A DNA stretch of 64,000 nucleotides from Selaginella moellendorffii (Eukaryota; Plantae; Lycopodiophyta). The position numbers and the translations under genes were made by a program. The notes beneath the pieces were generated by a model that did not search any database, had not been told where the DNA came from, and worked only from the letters and a program-made list of their open reading frames with translations. Each line of letters opens with the position of its first letter. Position 1 is the stretch's first letter. The stretch covers positions 124,001 to 188,000 of the forward strand of contig NW_003314400.1 of NCBI RefSeq assembly GCF_000143415.4. The letters are read 5' to 3'. This document shows, one piece after another, positions 19,322 to 29,847 of this stretch.

Positions 19322-21511
19322 ATGTTGACTAGGAATCATTGGCTTCAGTTGATACAGTCATGCAGCTCGCTATCTGATGCCAGACAGATCTATTCAAGCC
19401 TACCACCAAAGTCTCTCACCTCTGATACTTACTTGGCAAACAAGCTCATAGAAATGTATGGAAGATGCGGCAGCCATTATCATGCTTGGATAGTCTTTGA
19501 TCAAATCCAGCCAAAAGATTCATTCAGCTGGGATTTGATGCTCACTGCTTACCTGCGAAATGGGAGCTTTGACGAGGCCAAGCGGTTCTTCAGCTCCATT
19601 CCTCACAAAACTGCTGTTGCAGGGACTGTGATGCTGAACGTATTTGCCGAAAACGGGGATCTCCCGCAGGCTAAAGAGATTTTTGATCGTATGCCCGAGA
19701 GAGATGTGGTTTCGTGTAGTGCTATGCTCGCCGCATACATAAAAAACGGTTTTCTTGAAGAGTGCGAGATAGTTTTTAACCAAATGCCGATCCTTGATAT
19801 TGCATGTTGGAACTTAATGGTTACAGCATATGCCCGAACAGGGCATGTTAACGAGGCTAAGCTGGTGTTTGCAAAGATGCCTGAGAAGAATCTCGTCTCT
19901 TGGACAGCCATGTTATCGGCTTTCTCTCAAGGTGGTTTTGTCACAGAGGCTTGGGAGACATTCCTCGCGATGCCAGCCACGGATTTGGGTGCCTGGAACG
20001 CCATTCTAAATGCGTTTGCGCAGCAGAAGGGAAACTTCTTTCTACAACAGGCTGAGATTTTGTTTGATGAGATTCCTGAGAGGAACCTGGTCTCGTGGAC
20101 TGCAATGTTTTCTGTCTACGTAACAAACGGGATGATTAGAAAAGCCAAGGAGATATTTGATGGAATGCCGCAACAAGATCTCATCTCCTGGACTTCAATG
20201 CTCACGGCTTATGCCCAACTTGGGCATGTTGAGAAGGCAAAAGAGATATTTGATAGAATGCCTCAATGGAGCGTTGTTGCTTGGACAGTCATGATTCATG
20301 CTTATGGCGAGTGCGACCTTGTCAACCAGGCAAAAGAGCTCTTTGACACAATGCCGGAAAACAACATTGTTTCGTGGAATGGAATCCTGTCTCTCTATGC
20401 CCGGAACGGATATATGAAAGAAAGCCTTGAAATTTTCCATGGAATGCCTGCTTGGGACGTGATTTCCTGGACAACCATGCTACTCATGCAATGGCAAAGT
20501 GGGCGTATCAAAGAGGCCGAAAAGTTGTTTGAAAGAATGCCCCAGCGAAACCTGGCAGCTTGGAACGCGATGATTTTTGGGTATGCCCAGGCTAGTCAAC
20601 TGGACGAAGCGAAGAAAGCTTTCAACGCGATGCCTCGTCGAGACATGGCCTCGTTCAACGCAATGCTAAGTGCCTACACCCACAACGATAAGAATACGAG
20701 AATGTTGGATTTAGCAAAGGTTCTGATTGATGAAATGCCACAACAAGACCTGGGCTGTAAAAATTCAATGCTTAGATTGCTTTCTCAGTTTGGCTATGTT
20801 GATGAAGCTCAAAATATGTTTAATTGTATGCCAGAAAGGGACATTGCTTCTTGGAATACAATTTTATCCGCATATGCACAAGAGTGGCACATTTCTAAAA
20901 TCAAACTTGTGTTTTATCGATTGATGCCTCAAAGAGACTCAGTATCCTGGAACACAATGCTCACTGCCACTGCAAGAAGCTGTGGACATGAGGCAGTTGC
21001 AAAAGAATTCCGTTTAATTCCAGAAAGAGATCTTATAAGTTGGAAGATTTTGCTGGCTGCTCATGTGCAAGAGCAAAACTTCTCTGGAGCTTTTAATACT
21101 GCTTACGATTTGAGTTTGACAGGCTTACCAGATTCAACATGTTTTGTGTCAATTTTATTCGCATGCAATCACAGTGGAAGTGTTGCTGCTGCCAAGTCAT
21201 GGTTTGGCTCTTTAGTCTGGGATTTTATGTTGAATCCGTCAAAGCAGCATTACTGTTGCATGGTTGACATTCTAGCCAGAGCTGGGCACTTGAGCGATGC
21301 AAAAGAACTAATTTGCAGCATGCCTTACGTTCCAGATGCTGCAGAGTGGACATGCCTGTTGCGAGCCTGTGTGAGCCAAAACAAGCTTGAGCTTGGAAGT
21401 GAGGCTGCAAGAATGTTGTTCGAGCTAGAACCAAGAAACAAAACCCTTTTTGTTACAGCTTCAAACTTGAATATGTTTTCTGCACAAACAAAAAATTTGC
21501 TGAAAATTTAA
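19322..21511 (+). CDS. PLS-class pentatricopeptide repeat protein with E domain (729 aa)
   Basis: Intronless ORF with many ~31-aa repeats (FDRMPERDVVSW..M..AYA..G) and HYCCMVDILARAGHL...MPYVPD E-region motif; no DYW. Confidence 0.93.
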   Translation: MLTRNHWLQLIQSCSSLSDARQIYSSLPPKSLTSDTYLANKLIEMYGRCGSHYHAWIVFDQIQPKDSFSWDLMLTAYLRNGSFDEAKRFFSSIPHKTAVAGTVMLNVFAENGDLPQAKEIFDRMPERDVVSCSAMLAAYIKNGFLEECEIVFNQMPILDIACWNLMVTAYARTGHVNEAKLVFAKMPEKNLVSWTAMLSAFSQGGFVTEAWETFLAMPATDLGAWNAILNAFAQQKGNFFLQQAEILFDEIPERNLVSWTAMFSVYVTNGMIRKAKEIFDGMPQQDLISWTSMLTAYAQLGHVEKAKEIFDRMPQWSVVAWTVMIHAYGECDLVNQAKELFDTMPENNIVSWNGILSLYARNGYMKESLEIFHGMPAWDVISWTTMLLMQWQSGRIKEAEKLFERMPQRNLAAWNAMIFGYAQASQLDEAKKAFNAMPRRDMASFNAMLSAYTHNDKNTRMLDLAKVLIDEMPQQDLGCKNSMLRLLSQFGYVDEAQNMFNCMPERDIASWNTILSAYAQEWHISKIKLVFYRLMPQRDSVSWNTMLTATARSCGHEAVAKEFRLIPERDLISWKILLAAHVQEQNFSGAFNTAYDLSLTGLPDSTCFVSILFACNHSGSVAAAKSWFGSLVWDFMLNPSKQHYCCMVDILARAGHLSDAKELICSMPYVPDAAEWTCLLRACVSQNKLELGSEAARMLFELEPRNKTLFVTASNLNMFSAQTKNLLKI

Positions 21512-21547
21512 ACTTTTATCAATTATTGTATAGATAAATTTCACTTT

Positions 21548-21835
21548 CTAATGTTTACAGAATGTAGATTTACACTCTTTCACGACTTGCATGAAAGAGG
21601 GTAGTTTGTATTGGCCCTTGTCACAAAAGCACGATGATGAAAGCGAGTTACTTTGGTATGATTGACAGCAACTAACAAGGCAAGCAGATCCTGGAGTGCT
21701 ACAAACCTTTATGCAATTGGACACTTTGTTTGCATGGCTGATGCAAGAAGGATTTTTCTCCGCTGGAACCATTCCTTGTGTTTGATCGGGAGCAAACACT
21801 AGCAAGCTTGCTAACACCAAGATCACAATCTTCAT
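21548..21835 (-). CDS. Small secreted cysteine-rich protein (95 aa, 10 Cys)
   Basis: Signal peptide MKIVILVLASLLVFAPDQTQG followed by 10 Cys including CC and CxC. A decayed paralog lies 4.6 kb away. Confidence 0.7.
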   Translation of the reverse strand: MKIVILVLASLLVFAPDQTQGMVPAEKNPSCISHANKVSNCIKVCSTPGSACLVSCCQSYQSNSLSSSCFCDKGQYKLPSFMQVVKECKSTFCKH

Positions 21836-23050
21836 CTCTAGCCTCTCTCTCAATTGAAACATTTTTGAGTTTCCAATATTTATCAATGAAATGGCTTTGG
21901 ATGCTCCGATCACATTTTGTTTTTTATTTATATCACATTGAGAATGCAGGCAATGACAAATTCACAAAGAACAGTTCTTATGTATGACTACAATTATAGG
22001 TAGTCATATTTCTACAATTACGATTTCTTATGTGCACGCGTGTTCCGTCATTTCCTGAAACACGAGTCTTGCTTAGTCTACGTTTCCACAAGACTATGTC
22101 TCGCTATGAAATTGAAGAAAAGTTTGCCCGTCTCAGGATGCCCCCTTTGGGTATCCACTGCAAACATGATATCCGAACATTATGAAATTCGAAGGCTGCC
22201 GAGCCTTTTCGATCGATCTGCACGCCCCATACGGACGATCGAATTGGACAGCAATCAGCTTTGTGAGTGAGGGGACCCAAGAATTGAATTTGCTTGACAT
22301 TTGCAGATCCCTCTCAGATAGGCGAGGTATGAAACCTCACCACACACTCCGCCCAAGATTCTCGTATCAGTACTACTTACTAGTGGCAAGGAAAACCACG
22401 TTTTTGACAATATCATCCATGGGTTACACTGTCTCCCTCTGGCAATTCAAAGCAGTGCAAACAAAAACCAAAGGTGGTGGTGCCCCCAGACATTGACACC
22501 CGAGCTACGCCAATGGCTGCGTTCTAGTTTTACTTGCCTGGAATGAGGAACACAGCGAATCTCAAAGACAAAATCCATTGAATTGTTGCGCAATGTTTGA
22601 GGCAACTACTTCTCAAAACCATGGAAATATTAAAACAACACAAACAAATATTTATCTAAACCATGGCCGATTAAAAGGTCACAAGCAGAACAATATGGCG
22701 CACATGGTCCTTAGTGGCGGGCGCGGGAGTTTTGGCCGTTAGCGAATTTGGGCACATGGCCACAAATGCGGATGGGCCGGTACCAGTGCTACGTGGCAGC
22801 AATAATAGACTTCGGTAGATAAGAGCCAGCGCAGTTTTGTGGTCTTGCAATTTTCCACGTGTGCATGCGACAAAGGAAATTGTCCTTGCAATTGGGAAGA
22901 CGCCATTAAAAGTTTTTAGGTATACAGAAAGGTGTGGTGTGGTCAAAAGAGAGTGCTTCTTTGCGGCTGCCATAGCCACGGAGCTCTTCCTTCTTCTTCC
23001 TCTCCATTCTTGCTTGTGGTGTGGATCCATTGATTCATCTTTGCGGAGAG

Positions 23051-24114
23051 ATGAGCGCTGGAGTGGGAATTCCTGGTCCCTGGAGCTTGGAATCGCAGCC
23101 CATTAGCTCCGGGTTCTTGGCGGTGCCTGGGAATCGCGGTGCCCGATTCGATGCGCGAGTCGAGAGATCGAGACATTACGACATTCCATCGAGCGACAGC
23201 GAGAGCGGTGACGATCTGGACGACATTGGCGATGATTTCCTGGACGAGTCCGGGGATTTCATCGACCATGGATCGGGCGCGGGGATCGAGAGCTGCGGGA
23301 GTAACATCTCATCGCCCATTGAGATTTGCCCCAAGACCGAGGGCGCGACGAGGATCCTCCGCCAGAAATCCCGGCGATGCGCGGCGGAGCAGTCGCGGGA
23401 GGAGGCCTGGGAGCGGCGCCGCTTGATCGAGGAGCTCAAGTCCTCGTCATCGGAGCACTCGAGCAAGCTCATCGCGCGCTCCAATTCCGACTGTGGTCCG
23501 CAGCAGCCATCGCTCCACAGCGATGAGGATCTGGGCGATTGCCCGCGATCGAGGAGCCTGACCGAGGAGGATTTCGAGGAGCTGCGCGGCTGCATTGATC
23601 TGGGCTTCCGATTCAATGCCGAGAAGGAAGACCCAATGCTGTGTAACACTCTCCCCGCGCTCGAGGTGTGCTACGCCGCCAATCGGCAGCTCCAGGATCT
23701 ACACTCGCCCTCTGGATCGAGCGATTCGTGTTCGTCTTGGCAGGTCGCTAGCCCAGGTACGAGAATTTCTTTCTTTCTTTCTAGTTCCTCCTTGGCAGCG
23801 TAATTTAGGGTTCTTCGTGAGCTAACCACAAGAACGATGGAGAAGAAGCTCTGTTTTCTCTTGTTTCTCTTTAGCTTTTCTTTGCAGAGCTCTAAAAGCC
23901 AGGCCTAGCAATCGCTCCTCTACTCTAGAGGTGTGGTATCACTAAATTTTCCCAGGCAGCATTGATTCGTACTAGGATCGTTGATCGATTGTCTCGAGAA
24001 AACACTCACAAATTCTGTCTTTTTGTTCTTGCAGGAGAGGAGCTCCAACAAGTGAAAGAGAAGCTCAAGCATTGGGCTCGTGCCGTGGCTTGCATTTCCA
24101 GGCAATCGTGCTAG
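23051..24114 (+). CDS. DUF1685 family protein (exons 23051-23756 and 24035-24114)
   Basis: SLTEEDFEELRGCIDLGF...LCNTLPALEVCYA...SWQVASPG spliced to EELQQVKEKLKHWARAVAC*; canonical GT/AG intron. Confidence 0.88.
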
Positions 24115-24224
24115 CTGCTAGCTACCGAGATTTTCATAACGACACAAAAATTTTGGTAGCTCTCTCCAAACAATGTGATATACTTCCACCAAGAACCCTA
24201 AAATCAATAACAAAACTGTATAGA

Positions 24225-24614
24225 ATGTTCTTCGCGCGATCGCTCGCAGCGCTCTTCAATCCAATCCACGCCAATGCCGCCGTCACGATCGCCGGATCGC
24301 GCGTCCTCACCGAGATCCTCCGCGAATTCCAGGTCCTGTCGAGCGAGGCGCTGTGGAAGCACGCCTCCGCGCGGGGGATCTCGAGCGTGGAGCGCATGGA
24401 GCTGGTGATCCAGTGGATGGCCGAGAGGGGCCAGATCCGCATTGTCCCGGCCAGTGATTTGGGGCTCCCGGGCGTGTCCAAGCTCCATATGCTTCCGGAC
24501 GCGCCGTTCTCGCGCTGGAAGAGCGAGGATTCTCCCGGCGATTGCGCGCAGAGGAGGCAGATCAGGAAGCAGAAGAAAAGGAGTGGCGTGCCCAGGATCT
24601 TCTGGGATGTGTAG
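24225..24614 (+). CDS. Putative plant mitoribosomal mL80-like protein (129 aa)
   Basis: Basic N-terminus. RVLTEILREFQVLSSEALWKH..GISSVERMELVIQWMAERGQI resembles the remembered family pattern TRxIxDILKEHGPLTVxETW..GLTSKxHMKIVLRWMRERQKL. Confidence 0.5.
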   Translation: MFFARSLAALFNPIHANAAVTIAGSRVLTEILREFQVLSSEALWKHASARGISSVERMELVIQWMAERGQIRIVPASDLGLPGVSKLHMLPDAPFSRWKSEDSPGDCAQRRQIRKQKKRSGVPRIFWDV

Positions 24615-24734
24615 AGCGCGCGATCTTAGATCCTTGGCGCCTACATTGGAGAGATTTTAGGGTTCTTGAGGATTTGGGGATTTTAGGGTTCTTGAGATTT
24701 AGGGTTCCTGGGAGAGGACGATCGATCAAGGAGA

Positions 24735-25148
24735 ATGCTGTTCCCATCGACTGCCCGGCGGATGCGGCATTTCCGTCCGCGGGTAGCGCTGGGCGACACG
24801 GAGACTTTCACGCGGCTGGTGACTGACATCCTGCGCGAGCACGAGATGGTGACGGTGGACGAGTGCTGGGGGCATTTGCAGGAGCGAGTAGAGCACGGGG
24901 AGCTCAAGAGCAAGCGCCACATGAGGCGGCTGCTGCAGTGGATGGGCGATATGCAGATTCTGCGCAGGGAGAGCGTTCGATCGGGCGGCCCACCCGTGCT
25001 GCTGCTATGGGATGCGCCGCCAATCCACAAGGAGCGGCAGCCGGATCCAGATCTGTCGCGAGAGCAGCGCGGTAGCCGGTCTCGCGAGTGGGTCTGGAAG
25101 CCCAGGAAGATCACGCTGTGGGGCGATAAGAAGCTGGATTGGATCTAG
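24735..25148 (+). CDS. Putative mL80-like protein, second tandem paralog (137 aa)
   Basis: Arg-rich presequence-like start; TRLVTDILREHEMVTVDECW...LKSKRHMRRLLQWM; upstream telo-box-like TAGGGTT motifs. Confidence 0.6.
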   Translation: MLFPSTARRMRHFRPRVALGDTETFTRLVTDILREHEMVTVDECWGHLQERVEHGELKSKRHMRRLLQWMGDMQILRRESVRSGGPPVLLLWDAPPIHKERQPDPDLSREQRGSRSREWVWKPRKITLWGDKKLDWI

Positions 25149-26147
25149 CCTGTAGCGATCGAGTTCTTGCGTGGAGGAAGTTATTTTGGATTTTTTCTTT
25201 CCTTGTCCGCTGTGGCTTGAAGGAGTCGCCCAGTCTGGCTGCTTCTGGCAAGTTTGTCAACAACAGACAGGCACAGGACGACAAGTTGGCACCATCGAAT
25301 TTAATCGCCTCGCCACTGCCAGTGAGATAAATCTCTCTTCCGCGAGCCTGGGAATTTGTGGATGAGTGAAAGACTGGCCGCTGGGACTGTGCTGCCCTGT
25401 GCTCGCTCGGACGACACAGAGAGCTTGTCACGTCTGACGACTAGAATCAAGATCATAGCTGTCTTCGATCGATGTTTACGGTGGATTAGCTTTGATCACG
25501 AAACAAGTGGCTCGTCAACCAGGTTTGTTGGTTTTGTCTGTATCGATTTGTTTCATCGCTTTTTCTTTCTTGTTTCTTCTCAGGCTCGATGGATTGAGTT
25601 TGAGGCGACTAGAGAAGGTCATAGCCAGATGCTTCTGGAAAGAGCCAATTGGTATTATAACATATATTTTATGGTTTCCTTCCATTGGATCACTTTTCTG
25701 TCTCGATAGATTCTACGCGTGCTGAGTCCTTTCAACTTTCACATATCATTTCCTGAGATCATCGCCAGGTACGAAAGTATCCGAACAGTAGAAGCGGAGA
25801 TCAAAGTTTTGATTGTTGGACAATGCAGGAAGGGAAAAGTGTGAAACGAGGAAGTGTCTTTACGACCTTAACACGGAATCGTGACGCAAGTGAAAAGCTT
25901 TACAGCAGTCAAGCACTGCTCAAACAAGTTGAACTTTAAGGTCTCGTCTTAATCTAGGACCCGTTTCCTCATTTTCAACTTTTTTTTTCTCACAGGTCAA
26001 GAACAAGCGGCCACCTCCGAAATTCTGTTAGATCAGAATCAAAGTAGCTGACCAGAACGACAATGATGTTCTTCACGTAAGCATCAGCGTTGTTATGTTA
26101 GAACTCTTTTCTGATTTTAATCTCTGGACATAGGCAAAATCGATGCT

Positions 26148-29100
26148 TCACTGCATACTTTGGAGCATCTGTACAACCTCTCTCATACTTGGCCGTTCCT
26201 TCGGATCCAACGTGGTGCACAGCAGGCCGAGCTTGACGAACTGCATCATCACTTCTACCGACGCTCCGGTCTCCAGCAAGACGTTATCCACAAACTCCTC
26301 TATTCGAAGCGTCTCGCTCGACAGCAAAACTTGAGCCCTCACCCACGACACCAGGTCCATTCCCTCGGCTGGAAAGTTCCGATCGAATGGAGACTTCCTT
26401 GTTGCCAGTTCGAGCAGCACAACGCCGAAGCCGTAAACGTCGACCTTGTCGCTCAGTCTCATCGTGTAGCCATACTCTGGAGCAACGAACAATCAAGGTT
26501 AGCATCTGTATACGAGGAACAGGAGGTGAAAGCTTACCTGGAGCCATGTATCCCAGAGTTCCAACGATCGCAGATGCAGTCTGAGGATCACGCTCATACG
26601 TGAGCTTGGCGATCCCAAAGTCCGTCAACTTGGCTTCCATATCGGCATCCAGGAGTATATTACTGGCCTTGACATCGCGATGGATTACCGAGGGGACACA
26701 GTCGTGGTGCAAATAAGCCAGTCCGTGAGCAGCTCCCAGCGCGATCTTCCACCTCGTCGGCCAGTCAAGTTGATCGCCATTCTTGTGCAACGCAGTGTCG
26801 AGGCTCCCGTTCGGCATAAACTCGTAGACGATCATGTTGGAGTCGGGCTGCGAGCGCCTGTAAGCGACGAGCTTCACCACATGCCTATGCCGGAAGCTGC
26901 CCGCCGTCACGATCTCTCGCTCGAAGCTCTGGTTGGTATCGTCATCTTGGCTCCGGTACGTGAGCTTCTTCACTGCAAAGACATGGCCGGAGGAAGTTGT
27001 GACGCAGTAGACGACGCCGTGAGCACCACGGCCGATGATATTGTCGTCCGAGACTCCAGCGATCGCCTGGGCTATATCTCGCAGTGAGACTGCACGCCGG
27101 GAGGAGACGAAGAGCTTGATGGAGTCGAGCCTCTGCTGTTCGCGGTGGAGGCTGTACTTCTCCGAGGTTTTCTTCACCGAGATCCAGATGACCAACACGA
27201 GAAGGACGAAGAAACTCAAGGCCGACGCGAAGGCGATGCCGATTATAGCTCCCGAGCTGAGACCACGCTTCGTGCTTCTGGGTTGAGCGCTGGTGGTCGA
27301 GTTACAGCTGCTCGCGACGCACAGGCCGGGATTTCCAAGGAAGGAGCTCGCTGGGAATTGCTGCCACTGGAGCTGGCCGCTGGGCAGCTTCCCGGAGAGC
27401 TGGTTATAGGAAAGGTTGACGGAAATCAGCGAAACCATGTTGCTGAGAAGCTGTGGAAGGCTTCCTTCAAGGGAGTTGTGTGAGAGATCCAAGCTCTGGA
27501 GCATGTCGAGGCTGGACAGAGCTTGAGGGATCGGACCAGTGAGCGAGTTCCAGCTGAGGTTTAAGGCGATGCTGAGCTGCGAGAGCTGTCCCAGAGCCGG
27601 CGGGATCGCTCCTCGCAGCTTGTTCTCTGCGAGGTTGAGCTCCATCAGACCACCCAAGCTCGATATCTCGTCGGGGATCACTCCGGTCAGCTCGTTTATC
27701 TGGAGCCGAAGATAGTTCAGCGACGACGATGAGGCGGCCGCCATCGAGAGCTCGCCATGGATGGAGTTGCTGCTCAGATCGAGCGTCGCCAAGCTGCTCG
27801 AGTTCCAGAAGGTGGTGGGGATGCTTCCATTGAGGAAGTTGGAAGAAACGTCGAGGTACCCGAGCTTGGTCAGTCGCCCGAGTTCGTCAGGGAGAGCTCC
27901 TGAGAGGCGGTTTTTCTGGAGCTCGATCCGGCTCAAGTTGGCGCACGACCCCAGCTCAGGAGGAACCGGTCCGCGCAGATCATTCCCGGCCAAGTCAAGG
28001 AAGTAGAGCGCACTGTTCTTGGCGAAATCGACAGGAATGCTACCGTCAAACAAGTTGTTGCTCAGCCTCAAACGTTGAATCCTCGAGCAGTGCCTCGCGA
28101 CCTCGTCCAAGGTTCCATTCAGCTGGTTCGCGAGGGCGTTGAATAGACGGAGTTGTCCGGAGCTGCACAGGCTTTTGGCCGGGATCTTCCCGGTGAGGAG
28201 ATTGTTGCTGAGCTCCACCTCGGTCAAGTTGTTCGTGGCTCCAAGCGATGGTGGTATCTCGCCATGCAAGCGATTGGCATCGAGATAGAGTACCTGGAGA
28301 TGGCGGAGCTCGCAAAGCTGTCTAGGGATCCTACCAGTGAGCTGGTTGTCCGCGAGCCGGAGCTCCAGCAAGCTCGTGGAGTTTCCAAGCTCGGGTGGTA
28401 TCTCGCCGGTGAGAGTGTTGCTCTCCATCCTGAGAGTTTGGAGCTTGCTCGATCGGCCAAACTCCCGCGGGATGCTTCCATTGAGCCTGTTGCTCGAGAC
28501 GGAGAGATAGACCAAGCTCAGACAGCCTGCCGCGATCTCCGGTGGAAACTCTCCCGTGAGCTGGTTGTAGGAGAGATCCATGATGGTGACGAGCTCGAGA
28601 GCTCCCAGGCTGGACGGGATCCTTCCGGAGAGATGGTTGTAGAAGAGATAGAGGCTCGTGAGGCTCGAGCAGCCGCCAAGCTCCGGTGGGATTGGACCCG
28701 AGAAGGAGTTCCGCGAGAGATCGATGCGCTCGAGAGCCTTGCAGCGGCCGAGCGATGGAGGGATCTCGCCGGAGAGGTTGTTCTGCGAGAGGCCGAGCTG
28801 CTGGAGCTGCGTGAGCGACGAGAAGCCATCGCGCGGGAGCGTGCCGTGGAAGAGATTGGTGGACAGATGGAGGGACGTGAGGTTGGCGGAGGTGAAGATC
28901 ACCGGCGGGATCTCCCCCGAGAGGGAGTTTTCGTAGAGCCAGAGGTCGGAGAGATCGGGCAGGACGCGAGTGAAAACCGAGGCTAGATCGCCCGAGAGGT
29001 TGTTGGTGTTGGCGTAGAAGCTCTGGATTCTCGTGAGCCGCGTGAAAACCTGTGGAGGGATGCTACCCGAGAAGGAGTTGGTGCCCAGATCGAGGTATCT

Positions 29101-29478
29101 CATCCTGGAGCAATTGCCCAGCTCTGGAGGGATCTCTCCCGAGAGATCGTTGAGCGAGAGATCGAGATAGACGAGCTGGGCGAGAGAGCCCACCGCGGGG
29201 GAGAGCGTTCCCGAGAGACCCATCTGCTGGAGCTGGATGGATTTGACGCGGAGGGATCGTGTGTGGCATTTGATCCCTGTCCAGGCGCAGGGGCAGGCAT
29301 CGGATGCGTTCCAGGTGCTGAGCGATCGAGATGGGTCGTGGAGAGAGCTCTTGATGGCGATCAAAGAGGCGACCTCGTTGCGAAGCTCCTCGCTTGGTGG
29401 GCAGGACAGGGAGGAGGTAGCGAAGAGGAGGAGGAAGAAGAGGGCGCTGGGGATTGGAGCTGGATGGTGAGACGCCAT
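26148..29478 (-). CDS. LRR receptor-like kinase (subfamily XI-like), ~1089 aa; exons 29478-26538 and 26476-26148
   Basis: Signal peptide, CxWxGIxC cap, >20 plant LRRs, TM segment, kinase motifs (GRGAHG, HRDVKASN, DFG). A 61-nt intron splits GYMAP/EYGY. An upstream in-frame ATG exists at 29526. Confidence 0.95.
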
Positions 29479-29847
29479 ACCTGGACGAGCATTGGAGAGC
29501 TTCCAAATCGCGGATTGGAAGCGCATTGATGGGTTTTATAAGAGCCGACAACGCGTCGACCGACACTTGCGACCATTGTGTGTGAAACGAGACTCTTTTT
29601 TGGAATCTCGCTCGCAACCGGCCAATCCGAAAAGCGATAAAAAAGGCACGCACTCGTGTGTGAGAACATTCCAAGAAATGATCATTGGTAGCCACAAAGG
29701 TGGTTCTTTCTTCCATTTGGGTTGACTCTCCATCCAAATGCCTCAAGAGGGCAAATGCATTCCTTTGTAGCATATACCCAGTATGGGAGTTTGCAATGCC
29801 CATGCCATTTAAAAGCTATGAGCTTGAGATTTCTGTGATCTCATGAA

